Part shown: positions 10,156 to 19,340 of the stretch, one piece after another | Layout: each line of letters begins with the position of its first letter | Position numbering within the stretch: the first letter of the stretch is position 1 | Assembly (NCBI GenBank): GCA_963765675.1 | Contig: CAVXXK010000001.1 | Location: forward strand, 2,016,001-2,080,000 | Direction of reading: 5' to 3' | DNA from: an uncultured delta proteobacterium | GTDB taxonomy: Bacteria > Desulfobacterota > Binatia > Binatales > Binataceae | DNA: 64,000 nucleotides | Position numbers and translations under genes: made by a program | The notes under the pieces: generated by a model | The model's input: the letters and a program-made list of their open reading frames with translations, nothing else | Told to the model about the DNA's origin: nothing | Database searches by the model: none

Positions 10156-10803
10156 TCAAATCACGAGGCAGAGCACGCCCGCGGCGATCAAGGCGCCGGC
10201 CCATACGGTATCGAGGTTGATCCAGGCGCTGCGCAGAATTTTGAGCCCGACTTTCTCGTAAACGACGACCGCGATCGTGCCCATCACGATCAGCATCGCG
10301 CCGGTATGCAGGATCACAACTGCCGCGGCCGTCACCACGGGATGAGCCTGCGGTAGCATCGGCATGCCGTGATGATGCATCGGAGCGCCCGCGGGAGTGT
10401 TCATCCCGAGCAGAATCGGAAACAGCATCAGGCCCGCGCCATGCGCGGACGCCATCAGGAACGACCAGAGCGCCAGGTCGCCGAAACTCACGCGCATCGC
10501 GACCCATCGCGGATGCGCTCGGGGCCAGAAGAAGCGGAACAATCCGAAGATGATCAGCGCGCCCGCGCCGGCCGGCCGGACCATCGCAAACGGGAACGAG
10601 GATTGAAGGAGCGAGATCGCCGCCACGACCACCGCGATCGAGACCAGATGCCCGATCGCGATCGGAATCAGCGCGCCAAGAACTTTTGCGCGACTGCGCT
10701 CTTGCAGGCCGAGCGCCACCGCGAACAGCCAGCCCATCGAGGGATCGATGCCGTGGTAGGCGCCCAGGGCAGCAACCGCGATCCAGGGCCATGCGCCGCT
10801 CAC
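10156..10803 (-). CDS. His-rich membrane protein coupled to SBP56, function unknown
   Basis: About 6 TM helices with intramembrane His (YHGIDP, IGH, SAHG, LHT) and an MHHHGM loop; GTGA overlap with the SBP56 stop. Confidence 0.75.
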   Translation of the reverse strand: MSGAWPWIAVAALGAYHGIDPSMGWLFAVALGLQERSRAKVLGALIPIAIGHLVSIAVVVAAISLLQSSFPFAMVRPAGAGALIIFGLFRFFWPRAHPRWVAMRVSFGDLALWSFLMASAHGAGLMLFPILLGMNTPAGAPMHHHGMPMLPQAHPVVTAAAVVILHTGAMLIVMGTIAVVVYEKVGLKILRSAWINLDTVWAGALIAAGVLCLVI

Positions 10804-12191
10804 GGATAGCAGAACGAGTCTGAAGAGGTGTCGCCACCCTCGAGCCGAATCTGATGTGGTCGCTCACCGTCGAACTTGGTGAAGAATTTTGGATCGAGCG
10901 CAATACCGCCGGCAGGATTCGTGTCGATCTTGGCGACCCATCCGCGAATGCCTTCGGGATAGAACTGCGCGTCCCACGAATTATACAGCGAGTTGCTGAC
11001 GTACAAGCGGCGTCCGTCGCGGCTGAGCTCGATCATTTGGGTACCGCCATTGAGCGCGCCGCTTTTCGGATGCGCGGCGTGCGACGTGATTCCGCCCAGG
11101 CGAACGGTGCCAGTGAGCTTCGGATGCGCGGGGTCGGTAACGTCATATTGCTTCAGGTCTCCGGTGCCGAAGCATGCGACGTACAGAAAGCGATCGTCGA
11201 GGCTCAAGTTGATGTCGGTAACGAGCGGTGGCACCGCCTTGAAGGGTTTGAGCGCGGGCGGCAGCACCGAGGGATCGGCTGGCTCAGCGGGAATTTCGAT
11301 TACCTTCTTGATCGACCAGTCGTCGCCGGTGCGATTCCACATCCACACTGACGCCGAAAGATCCTTGGTCGATATGACAACCCCAACGAAGCCGAAAGTC
11401 TTGGTGGGATCGTGCGAGGGACGCAGCTCGAGCGGCATCTGCTGCTCAGCGCCGAGATCCAGCGTCTTCAGATGACGCCGCTTGCGCAAATCCCACAGAT
11501 GGATCGCGTGGCCGTATTTGCCGCCGAGCAGCAATTCCGGCACCACCCCGTCTTCGATCATCTTGGGCGTGCCCCATTCGCTGGTGATTGCGATGTCGTA
11601 GCCGAGATGCCACCAGAAATCGTAGGCGAAGTACTGCGGCCCGCGATCGACTTCCCATCGCCCCAGTACGTCGAAGCTCTCGTGATCGAGCAGAAAGATT
11701 CCGCCTGGTCCGTCGCCGTTCGGAGCGCCAATCGCGCTGACATAAATCGCGTCAGGCCCGCAGTGGATCGTATGCGGCCGGCTGTAGCCGGTGCGGTCGG
11801 CGATTTCCTTGGCCTCGATGATCTTGACGATCTTGGGCTTTCGCGGGTCGGGCTTGGTATCGAAGATATAGATTCGAGAAGAACGCAGCCCGGGCACCAG
11901 CAGGTAGCGCCGCTCGACATGCGGATGAGGCGCGTAGGGGCACAGCGCGGCGCTGCATGCATTCCATCCGAAGTGATGCAGCTCGTCGCCGGCAAATTCG
12001 GTCTCGGTGCGTCCGACGACTTGTCCATACTCGGCGGATTGCGGGTCAACGTCGAGTACGCACAGCGCGTCGCGGCGGCCGTTGTCGGGAGTAGGGTTGA
12101 AGGTCACCACATAGCCGAGCTTCTCGCGCGGCGCATTCATCGCCATCTTGGCGGAAGGATAAAAGGTCTGGTCCGGTTTCCACAGCGCCAT
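10800..12191 (-). CDS. Selenium-binding protein SBP56 family (methanethiol oxidase homologue)
   Basis: 'DELHHFGWNACS','RPHTIHC','YDFWW','SEWG','WDAQFYP','GGDTSSD' motifs; GGAGG RBS; no signal peptide. Confidence 0.92.
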   Translation of the reverse strand: MALWKPDQTFYPSAKMAMNAPREKLGYVVTFNPTPDNGRRDALCVLDVDPQSAEYGQVVGRTETEFAGDELHHFGWNACSAALCPYAPHPHVERRYLLVPGLRSSRIYIFDTKPDPRKPKIVKIIEAKEIADRTGYSRPHTIHCGPDAIYVSAIGAPNGDGPGGIFLLDHESFDVLGRWEVDRGPQYFAYDFWWHLGYDIAITSEWGTPKMIEDGVVPELLLGGKYGHAIHLWDLRKRRHLKTLDLGAEQQMPLELRPSHDPTKTFGFVGVVISTKDLSASVWMWNRTGDDWSIKKVIEIPAEPADPSVLPPALKPFKAVPPLVTDINLSLDDRFLYVACFGTGDLKQYDVTDPAHPKLTGTVRLGGITSHAAHPKSGALNGGTQMIELSRDGRRLYVSNSLYNSWDAQFYPEGIRGWVAKIDTNPAGGIALDPKFFTKFDGERPHQIRLEGGDTSSDSFCYP

Positions 12192-12356
12192 CGTCAAATA
12201 CCTCCGGGCAACGGTTGCTCCGAAGCTAACTCACGCTTCATGTTCACGCAAAGCGCGGAGCGGCTGGCGCTAGCGATGGTCATGCGGACCGGCTTTGTCC
12301 TAAGTTAGGCGCATCGAAGATTCGGCGACGCCGGCGTCCGCAAAGGAGTATCTACG

Positions 12357-13165
12357 ATGGCGTACAAGCATATCGAATATGAAAAGAACGGACGGATCGC
12401 GCGCGTGATCCTTGCCCGGCCCGAGCGGCGTAACGCCCAATCGCGCATTCTGCTCGAAGAGATGGACGCGGCGTTCACCGATGCCAACGACGACGACGAG
12501 GTCCGCGTGATCGTGCTCTCCGGCAAGGGCGAACATTTTTGCTCCGGCCACGATCTCGGAACGCCGGAGGAAAAAGAAGATGCTGCGCGCCGTCCGTATG
12601 GCAAAGGATTGCGCGCGATATATTCGCGCTCGCGAAAGCTGTTCCTGGATAACACGATGCGCTGGCGCGACCTGGACAAACCGACAATCGCGATGGTTCA
12701 AGGCTACTGTATCTTTGGCGGATGGATGTTCGCGGCGGCGATGGACCTGATCGTCGCGTCGGAGGACGCGCAGTTCCTGCCCTCGCTGCTCCAATACTTT
12801 TCGATTCCGTGGGATCTGCCGATCCGCAAGGCGAAGGAGGTCCTGTTTCAGAGCCGGTTCGTTAGCGCCGAAGAGGCCTGCCGGCTCGGCTTCGTCAATA
12901 TCGTGGTCCCGCGCGAAAAGCTCGAGGCGGAGACGCTGGCGCTGGCCGAGCGGATTGCCGAGAGCGATCGGATGACGCTCAGGATGCTCAAATTCGCGAT
13001 CAATAACGCGCAGGATGAGATGGGATTTCGCAACTCGGTGCGCAACGCGCACTCGCATCATATGCTGCTCGGCGTGGGACCGCTTCTCCGCAACTCGGAA
13101 GAGGGCAGGTGCTGCCGAAACGGATGCCCGGGGTCGAGCAGGCGCTCAAGAAATCCGCCAGATAG
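12357..13165 (+). CDS. Enoyl-CoA hydratase/isomerase family, apparent 1-nt frameshift near 13107
   Basis: 'RPERRNA','FCSGHDL','KPTIAMVQGYCIFGG'; alternative frame gives a plausible end VLPKRMPGVEQALKKSAR-stop at 13163-13165. Confidence 0.8.
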
Positions 13166-13216
13166 CCGTCAGCCGCACTTTCGACTCGCGCGCATCGCGG
13201 CGGCATACTCCACAGC

Positions 13217-14146
13217 GTGGTTGGGTGCTTCCGCGTGCGCAAAATTCTTATCGTCATCGCGATTTTTTCGGTGGCGCTTAGCGGCATTTCGGACGCGCAG
13301 GAGCTGGCACCGCTCTCCAATCAGATCGTCGGGCAGAGCATCGACTATACAATTCAGAAGGGCGACAACTGGATTCGGCTGGGCGCGCGGCTCGGCGTGG
13401 GCGCCGCGGTAATCGCCGCCGACAACAATGTTGCGCTCGGTTCGACGATGACGGCGGGCAAGACGCTGCACATCGACAATCGCCACATCGTGCCGATTCA
13501 GTTCGTCGACGGCATCGTGATCAATCTTCCGCAGCGGATGCTGTTTTACTTCGAGGACTACGCGCTCAAGGGCGCCTATCCGGTGGCGGTCGGGCGCGTC
13601 GCTCCGCAGTGGCGCACGCCGACCGGCAAGTTCAGGATTATCCAGATGCGAGAGGCGCCAATCTGGCGCGTTCCCGATTCGGTCCGCGAGGAGATGCTCG
13701 CCAATGGCAAGGTGCCGGTGAGCGTCGTGCAGCCGGGCCCGGACAATCCGCTCGGCGACTATTGGATCGGCATCAACCTGCCCTCGATCGGGATTCACGG
13801 CACCAACTCGCCGATGGGGATTTACGGATTTCACACGCACGGATGTATCCGGCTGAATCCGGCGGATGTCGAGGCGCTTTACCAGTCGGTCGATATGGGT
13901 GATCGCGGCGTGATCATCTATCAGCCGATCATGCTGGCGCGAACCGGCGACGGCCATATCTATCTGGAAGTGAATCGCGACGCGTACAATAAGGGAATCA
14001 GCGGAATCGGCTACGTTCGAAAGCTTGCAGACGCCGACCATTTGAGCGATCTAATTGATTGGTCCCGCGCAGGGGAGGTGACCGACCGCGCCGACGGAGT
14101 TGCGCGCGAGGTTACGGCGGGAATTGAGGTGGGGATAGGAAAATGA
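13217..14146 (+). CDS. L,D-transpeptidase (ErfK/YbiS/YkuD) with LysM-like N-domain
   Basis: 'INLPQRMLF','YPVAVG','TPTG.F','PGPDNPLG','IGIHGTN...HGCIRL' catalytic motif. Confidence 0.92.
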   Translation: MVGCFRVRKILIVIAIFSVALSGISDAQELAPLSNQIVGQSIDYTIQKGDNWIRLGARLGVGAAVIAADNNVALGSTMTAGKTLHIDNRHIVPIQFVDGIVINLPQRMLFYFEDYALKGAYPVAVGRVAPQWRTPTGKFRIIQMREAPIWRVPDSVREEMLANGKVPVSVVQPGPDNPLGDYWIGINLPSIGIHGTNSPMGIYGFHTHGCIRLNPADVEALYQSVDMGDRGVIIYQPIMLARTGDGHIYLEVNRDAYNKGISGIGYVRKLADADHLSDLIDWSRAGEVTDRADGVAREVTAGIEVGIGK

Positions 14147-14753
14147 AAAGCGGAGACGACGCGCACCAATCGATATCGCGCCGGCGCTTCATCAAGAGCG
14201 CCGTCAGCGCAGGAATCGTCGGCGCGGCGCCGATGGTCATTCCCGCATCGGCGTGGGCGCGGATACGCGTGCGGCGCCACATTCGTCATCACGCTGGACG
14301 AATCGGCGCGCTCGCTCAGCTTCAATAATCTGCACACCGGCGAGACGGCTGCACGCGGTCTACTGGGAGCACGGCGAGTACGTTCCCGGCGGACTGGAAC
14401 AAATCAACTATATTTTGCGCGACTACCGCCGCGACGAAGTAAAGCCGATCGATCCGAAGCTGCTCGATCTGCTGGTCGCGCTGCGCACCCGGCTGCATAC
14501 CAGCGCTCCCTACGAAGTGATATCCGGCTACCGATCTCCGATAACGAACGCGATGCTGTTCAACACGACCGAAGGTGTGGCGCTGCACAGCATGCACGTG
14601 CAGGGCAAGGCGATCGACATCCACGTGCCCGGGCGCAACCTCAGAACGGTAAGACTCGCGGCGCTGTCGCTGCGTCGCGGCGGAGTCGGCTACTATCCCA
14701 ACTCAAATTTTGTTCACGTAGATACGGGCCGCGTCCGCTGGTGGATGGGCTGA
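14143..14753 (+). CDS. YcbK/DUF882 (MepK-like, peptidase M15) with Tat signal; two apparent frameshifts
   Basis: Twin-arginine 'SRRRFIK'; 'RSLSFNNLHTGE' in a second frame; 'ISGYRSP.TN','SMH..GKAIDI','GGVGYYP...FVHVDTG' in a third. Confidence 0.8.
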
Positions 14754-14760
14754 CAGATTC

Positions 14761-15525
14761 TCATTTGGCCGCGACTGCGATCAGGCGCTGAGCCGCGTGA
14801 TCGTACGGCGCTCCAGCCAGCGTTCCGTATAATTCGACGCTCCGGAATCCAACTCCACGCAGCAACGCCGCCAACTCCGCGCCGGAATAGAGGCGCAGTG
14901 AGAACCTCGCTTCGTGGCGCGTGTTCCCGTCAAGCAGGATCCAGTGCGTCTCGATCTTCGACCATCCGTCGAGAAGGCGGCGCTCCTCGAGGAGAATGCT
15001 GCCATCGTGGCGGCGGCGCCAATCGCGCTCGCGAAATATCCGCGCCAGGGTTTCCTTGCCGTTCATGTCGAGCATGAATCGCCCGCCGTCGCGGAGGGAG
15101 GCATGTACGTTAGCGGCGGTGGTTTGGTCGTCCGCGGGATCATCGAAATAGCCGAATGCCGTGAAAACGTTGAGCGCGCAGTCGAAAGTATTTGGGCGCG
15201 AGAATTTACGCATGTCCGATTCGACAAATTCGGCTACGAGGCCCTCTTTGCTTGCGGCCTCTCGAGCGCGTTGCAAGTACGAACTGGTGCGATCCACTCC
15301 GGTCACGGAATATCCGCGCCGCGCGAATTCCAGGGAGTGACGCCCGATGCCGCAGCATAGATCGAGAACCTTCGCGCCCGGCGCGAGATGCGTGAGCTCG
15401 ATCATCCGATCGACTTCGCCGCGCGCAATATCAATGCGCCACGGATCGAACATCAGGTCGCCGAAGGTCTCCCAGAACGAATCCTGCTCGAACCATTGGC
15501 TCATCGCGTTGTCCTCGCGTGTCAT
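14761..15525 (-). CDS. Class I SAM-dependent methyltransferase
   Basis: 'VLDLCCGIGRH','VTGVD','DMR','FTAFGYF'. Confidence 0.9.
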   Translation of the reverse strand: MTREDNAMSQWFEQDSFWETFGDLMFDPWRIDIARGEVDRMIELTHLAPGAKVLDLCCGIGRHSLEFARRGYSVTGVDRTSSYLQRAREAASKEGLVAEFVESDMRKFSRPNTFDCALNVFTAFGYFDDPADDQTTAANVHASLRDGGRFMLDMNGKETLARIFRERDWRRRHDGSILLEERRLLDGWSKIETHWILLDGNTRHEARFSLRLYSGAELAALLRGVGFRSVELYGTLAGAPYDHAAQRLIAVAAK

Positions 15526-15693
15526 TCATCCCGGATTTTGTCCGGACGCTGCATGTGTGACACTAGCGTTCCCGTCCGCGCAAAGCGGATCAAGCATATT
15601 GGGCCGCACGCCATAATCTATAACCTGAGCAAATCATACGCGTGGGAATTGAGCGGTGCGGATGCTATTAACCGTCGGTCAAGGAGGCTCGCT

Positions 15694-16095
15694 ATGCAGG
15701 GACTCGACAAGACCGGCGCGCTCGTCGGCCGCATTCTGCTCGCCGTGATTTTTATTCTCAGCGGCGCGACCAAGCTTGGCCATGGAGCCGCGATGGCGGG
15801 ATACATGGCCGCGCATCACATTCCAGGCTCGATGTCGGAGGTGCTGGTTTACGTCGCCGGGATTATCGAATTGGCGGGCGGCCTGATGCTGGTGTTTGGG
15901 TTCCATGCGCGGATCGCCGCGATCGTGCTCTTTCTGTTCCTGATCCCGGTCACGATTCTGTTCCACATCCTGCCGGGCGGAATGGCGAATCAGGTCAACA
16001 CGATGAAGAATATAGCGATCATGGGCGGATTGCTGATGGTCGCCTCGATGGGCGCGGGCGCTTTGAGCATGGACGCGATGCGCGGGCGTTCGTAG
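15694..16095 (+). CDS. DoxX family membrane protein
   Basis: 'GRILLAVIFILSG','IELAGGLMLVFG','KNIAIMGGLL'; AGGAGG RBS. Confidence 0.9.
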   Translation: MQGLDKTGALVGRILLAVIFILSGATKLGHGAAMAGYMAAHHIPGSMSEVLVYVAGIIELAGGLMLVFGFHARIAAIVLFLFLIPVTILFHILPGGMANQVNTMKNIAIMGGLLMVASMGAGALSMDAMRGRS

Positions 16096-16123
16096 CGGCT
16101 GCGATCGCACGGCCCGGAAGCGC

Positions 16124-16153
16124 AAAGGGCGCGACCGTCGCCGGTCACGCCCT
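16124..16153. terminator. Stem-loop between convergent doxX and grxD
   Basis: AGGGCGCGACCG / CGGTCACGCCCT inverted repeat; short U-run on the minus strand. Confidence 0.55.
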
Positions 16154-16174
16154 GTCGCGAAAAGCAATTTTGAT

Positions 16175-16507
16175 TCAGTGCTGTGCGGATTGTCCGACCG
16201 CGGCTTTTACTAGCGGTTCGAGCTCTCCGTTTTCGTACATTTCGCGGACGATGTCGCATCCGCCGACAAACTTCCCGTCGACATAGACCTGCGGAATCGT
16301 CGGCCAGTTGCTATAGCGCTTGATCGCGTCGCGCAGCTCCGGGTCGGCGAGCACGTCGGCAGTCGCGAACGGGACGCCCAGCTCTTCGAAAATCTGGACG
16401 GTCGCAGCGGAGAATCCGCATTGCGGAAAGCTGCGATTGCCCTTCATGAAAATCATTACCTTGTTCTCGCGAATCGCCGATTCAATCAGTTCGGTCACAT
16501 TTGCCAT
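16175..16507 (-). CDS. grxD: Monothiol glutaredoxin Grx4
   Basis: 'PQCGFS','YSNWPTIPQ','GGCDI'. Confidence 0.95.
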   Translation of the reverse strand: MANVTELIESAIRENKVMIFMKGNRSFPQCGFSAATVQIFEELGVPFATADVLADPELRDAIKRYSNWPTIPQVYVDGKFVGGCDIVREMYENGELEPLVKAAVGQSAQH

Positions 16508-16515
16508 GGCGGCAT

Positions 16516-16761
16516 CTACCTCCGTTTTTCCGATTCCGCAGGAGTCAACGTCTTGAGTGTGAGCGCATGCACCCGCACGCGCATCGCTTCGCCCAGCGCT
16601 GCGTAAACCACTTGATGGCGCTGCACGAGGCCTTTGCCCTCGAACACCGGGCTCACGACGGTGGCTTCAAAATGGTCTCCGCCGCCGGTGGTGTCGCGGA
16701 CTTCCACGCGAGCTCCCGGGATTCCAGCGGCTATCAAGTTCTGAACTTCATTCGTATCCAT
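16516..16761 (-). CDS. BolA family protein
   Basis: '[21 protein letters not shown]','VHAL'; adjacent to grxD. Confidence 0.92.
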   Translation of the reverse strand: MDTNEVQNLIAAGIPGARVEVRDTTGGGDHFEATVVSPVFEGKGLVQRHQVVYAALGEAMRVRVHALTLKTLTPAESEKRR

Positions 16762-16814
16762 ACTGGCGTCTCAACCGTCTATCTTATCGGCAGTGGGCGA
16801 ATCAAATCCACTGG

Positions 16815-17402
16815 CTACAAATCGACCGCGTTGCTGTCGGGCTTCGGCAGGCTCTTGCCGTGCTTCGCGCCGTCCATCAATGCGCGTGCGCTCTGGGTCA
16901 ATTCGCCGGCGTGGCCCGCGCCCATCACGCGCGAGACCAGGCGGCCGTCGCGTCCGATGAACAGCGTGGTCGGGATAGCCTCGACGCCAAGCGCGTCAAT
17001 CACGGCGTCATCGGCAACCAGAATCGGATAGTTGATCTTGAACTCCTCGACGAACGGCGCCACCGCGCGAATCCCGTCGCCCTGGATGGTGTCGCAGGCG
17101 ACGCCGATGACCTCGAGCCCGCGCGATTTATGGTAGCGTGAGTAAATGCTCTTGAGCTCCGGAATCTCGCGGCGGCACGGGCCGCACCAAGTCGCCCAGA
17201 AATCGACGATCACCGGATGCCCGCGGAACTGGCTGAGCTTCATGGACGTTCCGTCGAGCGTGCGCAGTTGAAAATCGAGGGGCGCGCCGTCGGCCTCGGC
17301 CGCGGATGCGAGCGTCTGCGTGACGATGAGCATCGCCACGGCAAGCGCAAGCGTCAGCACGCCACGCACGAAGCCTCCTCCACGTCCGTTCGATCGTTTC
17401 AT
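16815..17402 (-). CDS. TlpA/ResA-family thiol-disulfide oxidoreductase
   Basis: 'DFWATWCGPCRREIP','IPTTLFI'; N-terminal signal or anchor. Confidence 0.9.
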   Translation of the reverse strand: MKRSNGRGGGFVRGVLTLALAVAMLIVTQTLASAAEADGAPLDFQLRTLDGTSMKLSQFRGHPVIVDFWATWCGPCRREIPELKSIYSRYHKSRGLEVIGVACDTIQGDGIRAVAPFVEEFKINYPILVADDAVIDALGVEAIPTTLFIGRDGRLVSRVMGAGHAGELTQSARALMDGAKHGKSLPKPDSNAVDL

Positions 17403-17451
17403 ACTTGTTTGGTCACCGCGGCGAGATCCAATCCAGACGGGCTGGGAATCT

Positions 17452-18648
17452 TCATATAATACTCTTTCGTTTGAGTTCGGACAGGCGCGATTTGTCCCCG
17501 CCGAGCAAGTCTTGCAGAACCGTTTCGGTGTCCGCGCCAAGTTCGGGCGCGCGGGTATTGGGCGCGGACTGCGAACCGGCGATTTTCAGCGGCGAGCCGG
17601 GAACGATCAGTCCGTCGAAGCCGGGATGATCCGCGTGCAGAATCATCGCGCGCGCTTCCAGGTGCGGATTGCGGGTGACTTCCTCGACATTGGCGATCGG
17701 TGCGCACGGGACGCTGGCGGCGCTGAGCGCGGCGAGCCAGTGAGCACGCGGCGCGGTTGCGAACTTGCGCGCGAGAATCGCCTCGAGCTCGGGATGGTTC
17801 GCAGTACGATCACGATTCGCAATAAAATGCGGATGCTCTTTCAGCTCCGGCATCCCGATTGCGTCGCACATCCGCTGCCAAATTGCTTCATTGCCCGCCC
17901 CCGCGACAAAAAATCCATCGGAGGCGCGGAACTGTTGAAACGGTGTGATCGACGGATGGCGTGTGCCGAGCGGCCCCGGAACCTTGTGCGATACCGAGTA
18001 ACGCGCGAGCGCGTCCTCGAGCATCGCGACCTGGCAATCGAGCATCGCGATATCCAGATGCTGCGCGCCGCCGTCGCGATCGCGCACGCGCAAGGCCGCC
18101 AGGATCGCAATAACTCCGTAAAGCGCCGCCGACAGATCGCCTACCGAGACTCCGCATCGCGTCGGCTCGCCGTCCGGCGCTCCGGTGATACTCATGGTGC
18201 CGCCCAGAGCCTGCGCGACGATATCGTAAGCGGGAGCCGACGCCATCGGCCCGGTCTGGCCGAAACCCGAGATAGAGCACAGGATGACGCGCGGATTCGC
18301 CGCCTTCAGATGAGCAAAATCGATCCCGAATCTTTCGAGCGTGCCGGGCGCGAAGTTCTCGACCACGACGTCGCACTTCGTCGCGAGCTCGAGAAACAGC
18401 GCCGCGCCCTCCGCCGTGCGCAAGTCGATCGTCACGCTCTTCTTGCCGCGGTTGACGCTGTAGTAATAGCCCGAGTCGCCCGTCGGCAGGGTCGGCGCGA
18501 ACTGGCGCGAGTCGTCTCCGCGGCCGGGTAACTCGATCTTGATTACTTCCGCGCCGAGATCCGCCAGGTTCATCGTGCAAAACGGTCCCGCGAGTACGCG
18601 AGTGAGATCGAGCACGCGCACGCCGTCGAGTGGACGTTTTGCAATCAT
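17452..18648 (-). CDS. Family III CoA-transferase (CaiB/BaiF)
   Basis: 'PLDGVRVLDLTRVLAGPF','NRGKKS','SISGFGQTGP','APELG'. Confidence 0.93.
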   Translation of the reverse strand: MIAKRPLDGVRVLDLTRVLAGPFCTMNLADLGAEVIKIELPGRGDDSRQFAPTLPTGDSGYYYSVNRGKKSVTIDLRTAEGAALFLELATKCDVVVENFAPGTLERFGIDFAHLKAANPRVILCSISGFGQTGPMASAPAYDIVAQALGGTMSITGAPDGEPTRCGVSVGDLSAALYGVIAILAALRVRDRDGGAQHLDIAMLDCQVAMLEDALARYSVSHKVPGPLGTRHPSITPFQQFRASDGFFVAGAGNEAIWQRMCDAIGMPELKEHPHFIANRDRTANHPELEAILARKFATAPRAHWLAALSAASVPCAPIANVEEVTRNPHLEARAMILHADHPGFDGLIVPGSPLKIAGSQSAPNTRAPELGADTETVLQDLLGGDKSRLSELKRKSII

Positions 18649-18738
18649 CGCGGGAACCTCGCCGATGCGGATGAATACCGTCCCAAGGCGTTCAAAACGG
18701 ACTTCGTTTCAGTTGTCAAAATGAGAGAACCTCTGAAA

Positions 18739-18750
18739 TCAAATATTTGA
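18739..18750. promoter_or_regulatory. Perfect 12-bp palindrome in a divergent intergenic region
   Basis: TCAAATATTTGA. Confidence 0.4.
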
Positions 18751-18866
18751 CGGCTTCGTTTCGCCGATCGTAGCGGAAAAGGCTTCACCGCATAAGCCTG
18801 GCTACGATTTTTGCCAAGCGCAGCCTGATCGGAACGCACTCGATTCTATGGCACGATTAACCCCGT

Positions 18867-19337
18867 ATGAAGACTCGCGGTTCTTCGCGCGTTGCGGTGC
18901 GACGCGCGCGAGAAAAAGATATCCCTTCGATCGTCGCACTTTATCGCGAGTTGCATCCGGATAACTACGCGAGCCTCGAGGTGGCGCCGGCGCGGATGCG
19001 CGCGGCATTTCGGCGGCTGTCGCGTGATCGCAATCATCGCATCCTGGTGGCGGAGAGCGCAGGCAGAATTCTCGGCACCATACATCTGATCGTGCTGCCG
19101 CATCTTGGTCATGGGCTCAAGCCGTTCGCGATCGTCGAGAATGTCGTGGTCGCGACCGACGCGCGCTCGCTCGGAGTTGGAGAGGCGATGATGCAGGCGG
19201 CTTCCGCGCTGGCAATCAGCCTTGGATGCTATAAGCTGGCGCTTACGACCAACATGCGGCGGCTGCGTGCGCATCGTTTCTACGAGCGGCTCGGATGGCG
19301 CCGTACGCACTACGGATATTCGCTCGGAGTCGAGTAG
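18867..19337 (+). CDS. GNAT family N-acetyltransferase
   Basis: 'ENVVV..DARSLGVG','AHRFYERLG'. Confidence 0.9.
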   Translation: MKTRGSSRVAVRRAREKDIPSIVALYRELHPDNYASLEVAPARMRAAFRRLSRDRNHRILVAESAGRILGTIHLIVLPHLGHGLKPFAIVENVVVATDARSLGVGEAMMQAASALAISLGCYKLALTTNMRRLRAHRFYERLGWRRTHYGYSLGVE

Positions 19338-19340
19338 GAG

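Noticed and set aside
15694-17402. doxX/grxD/bolA/tlpA cluster as a novel redox system
   Set aside because: The grxD-bolA pairing is well established, and doxX is convergent and separated by a hairpin
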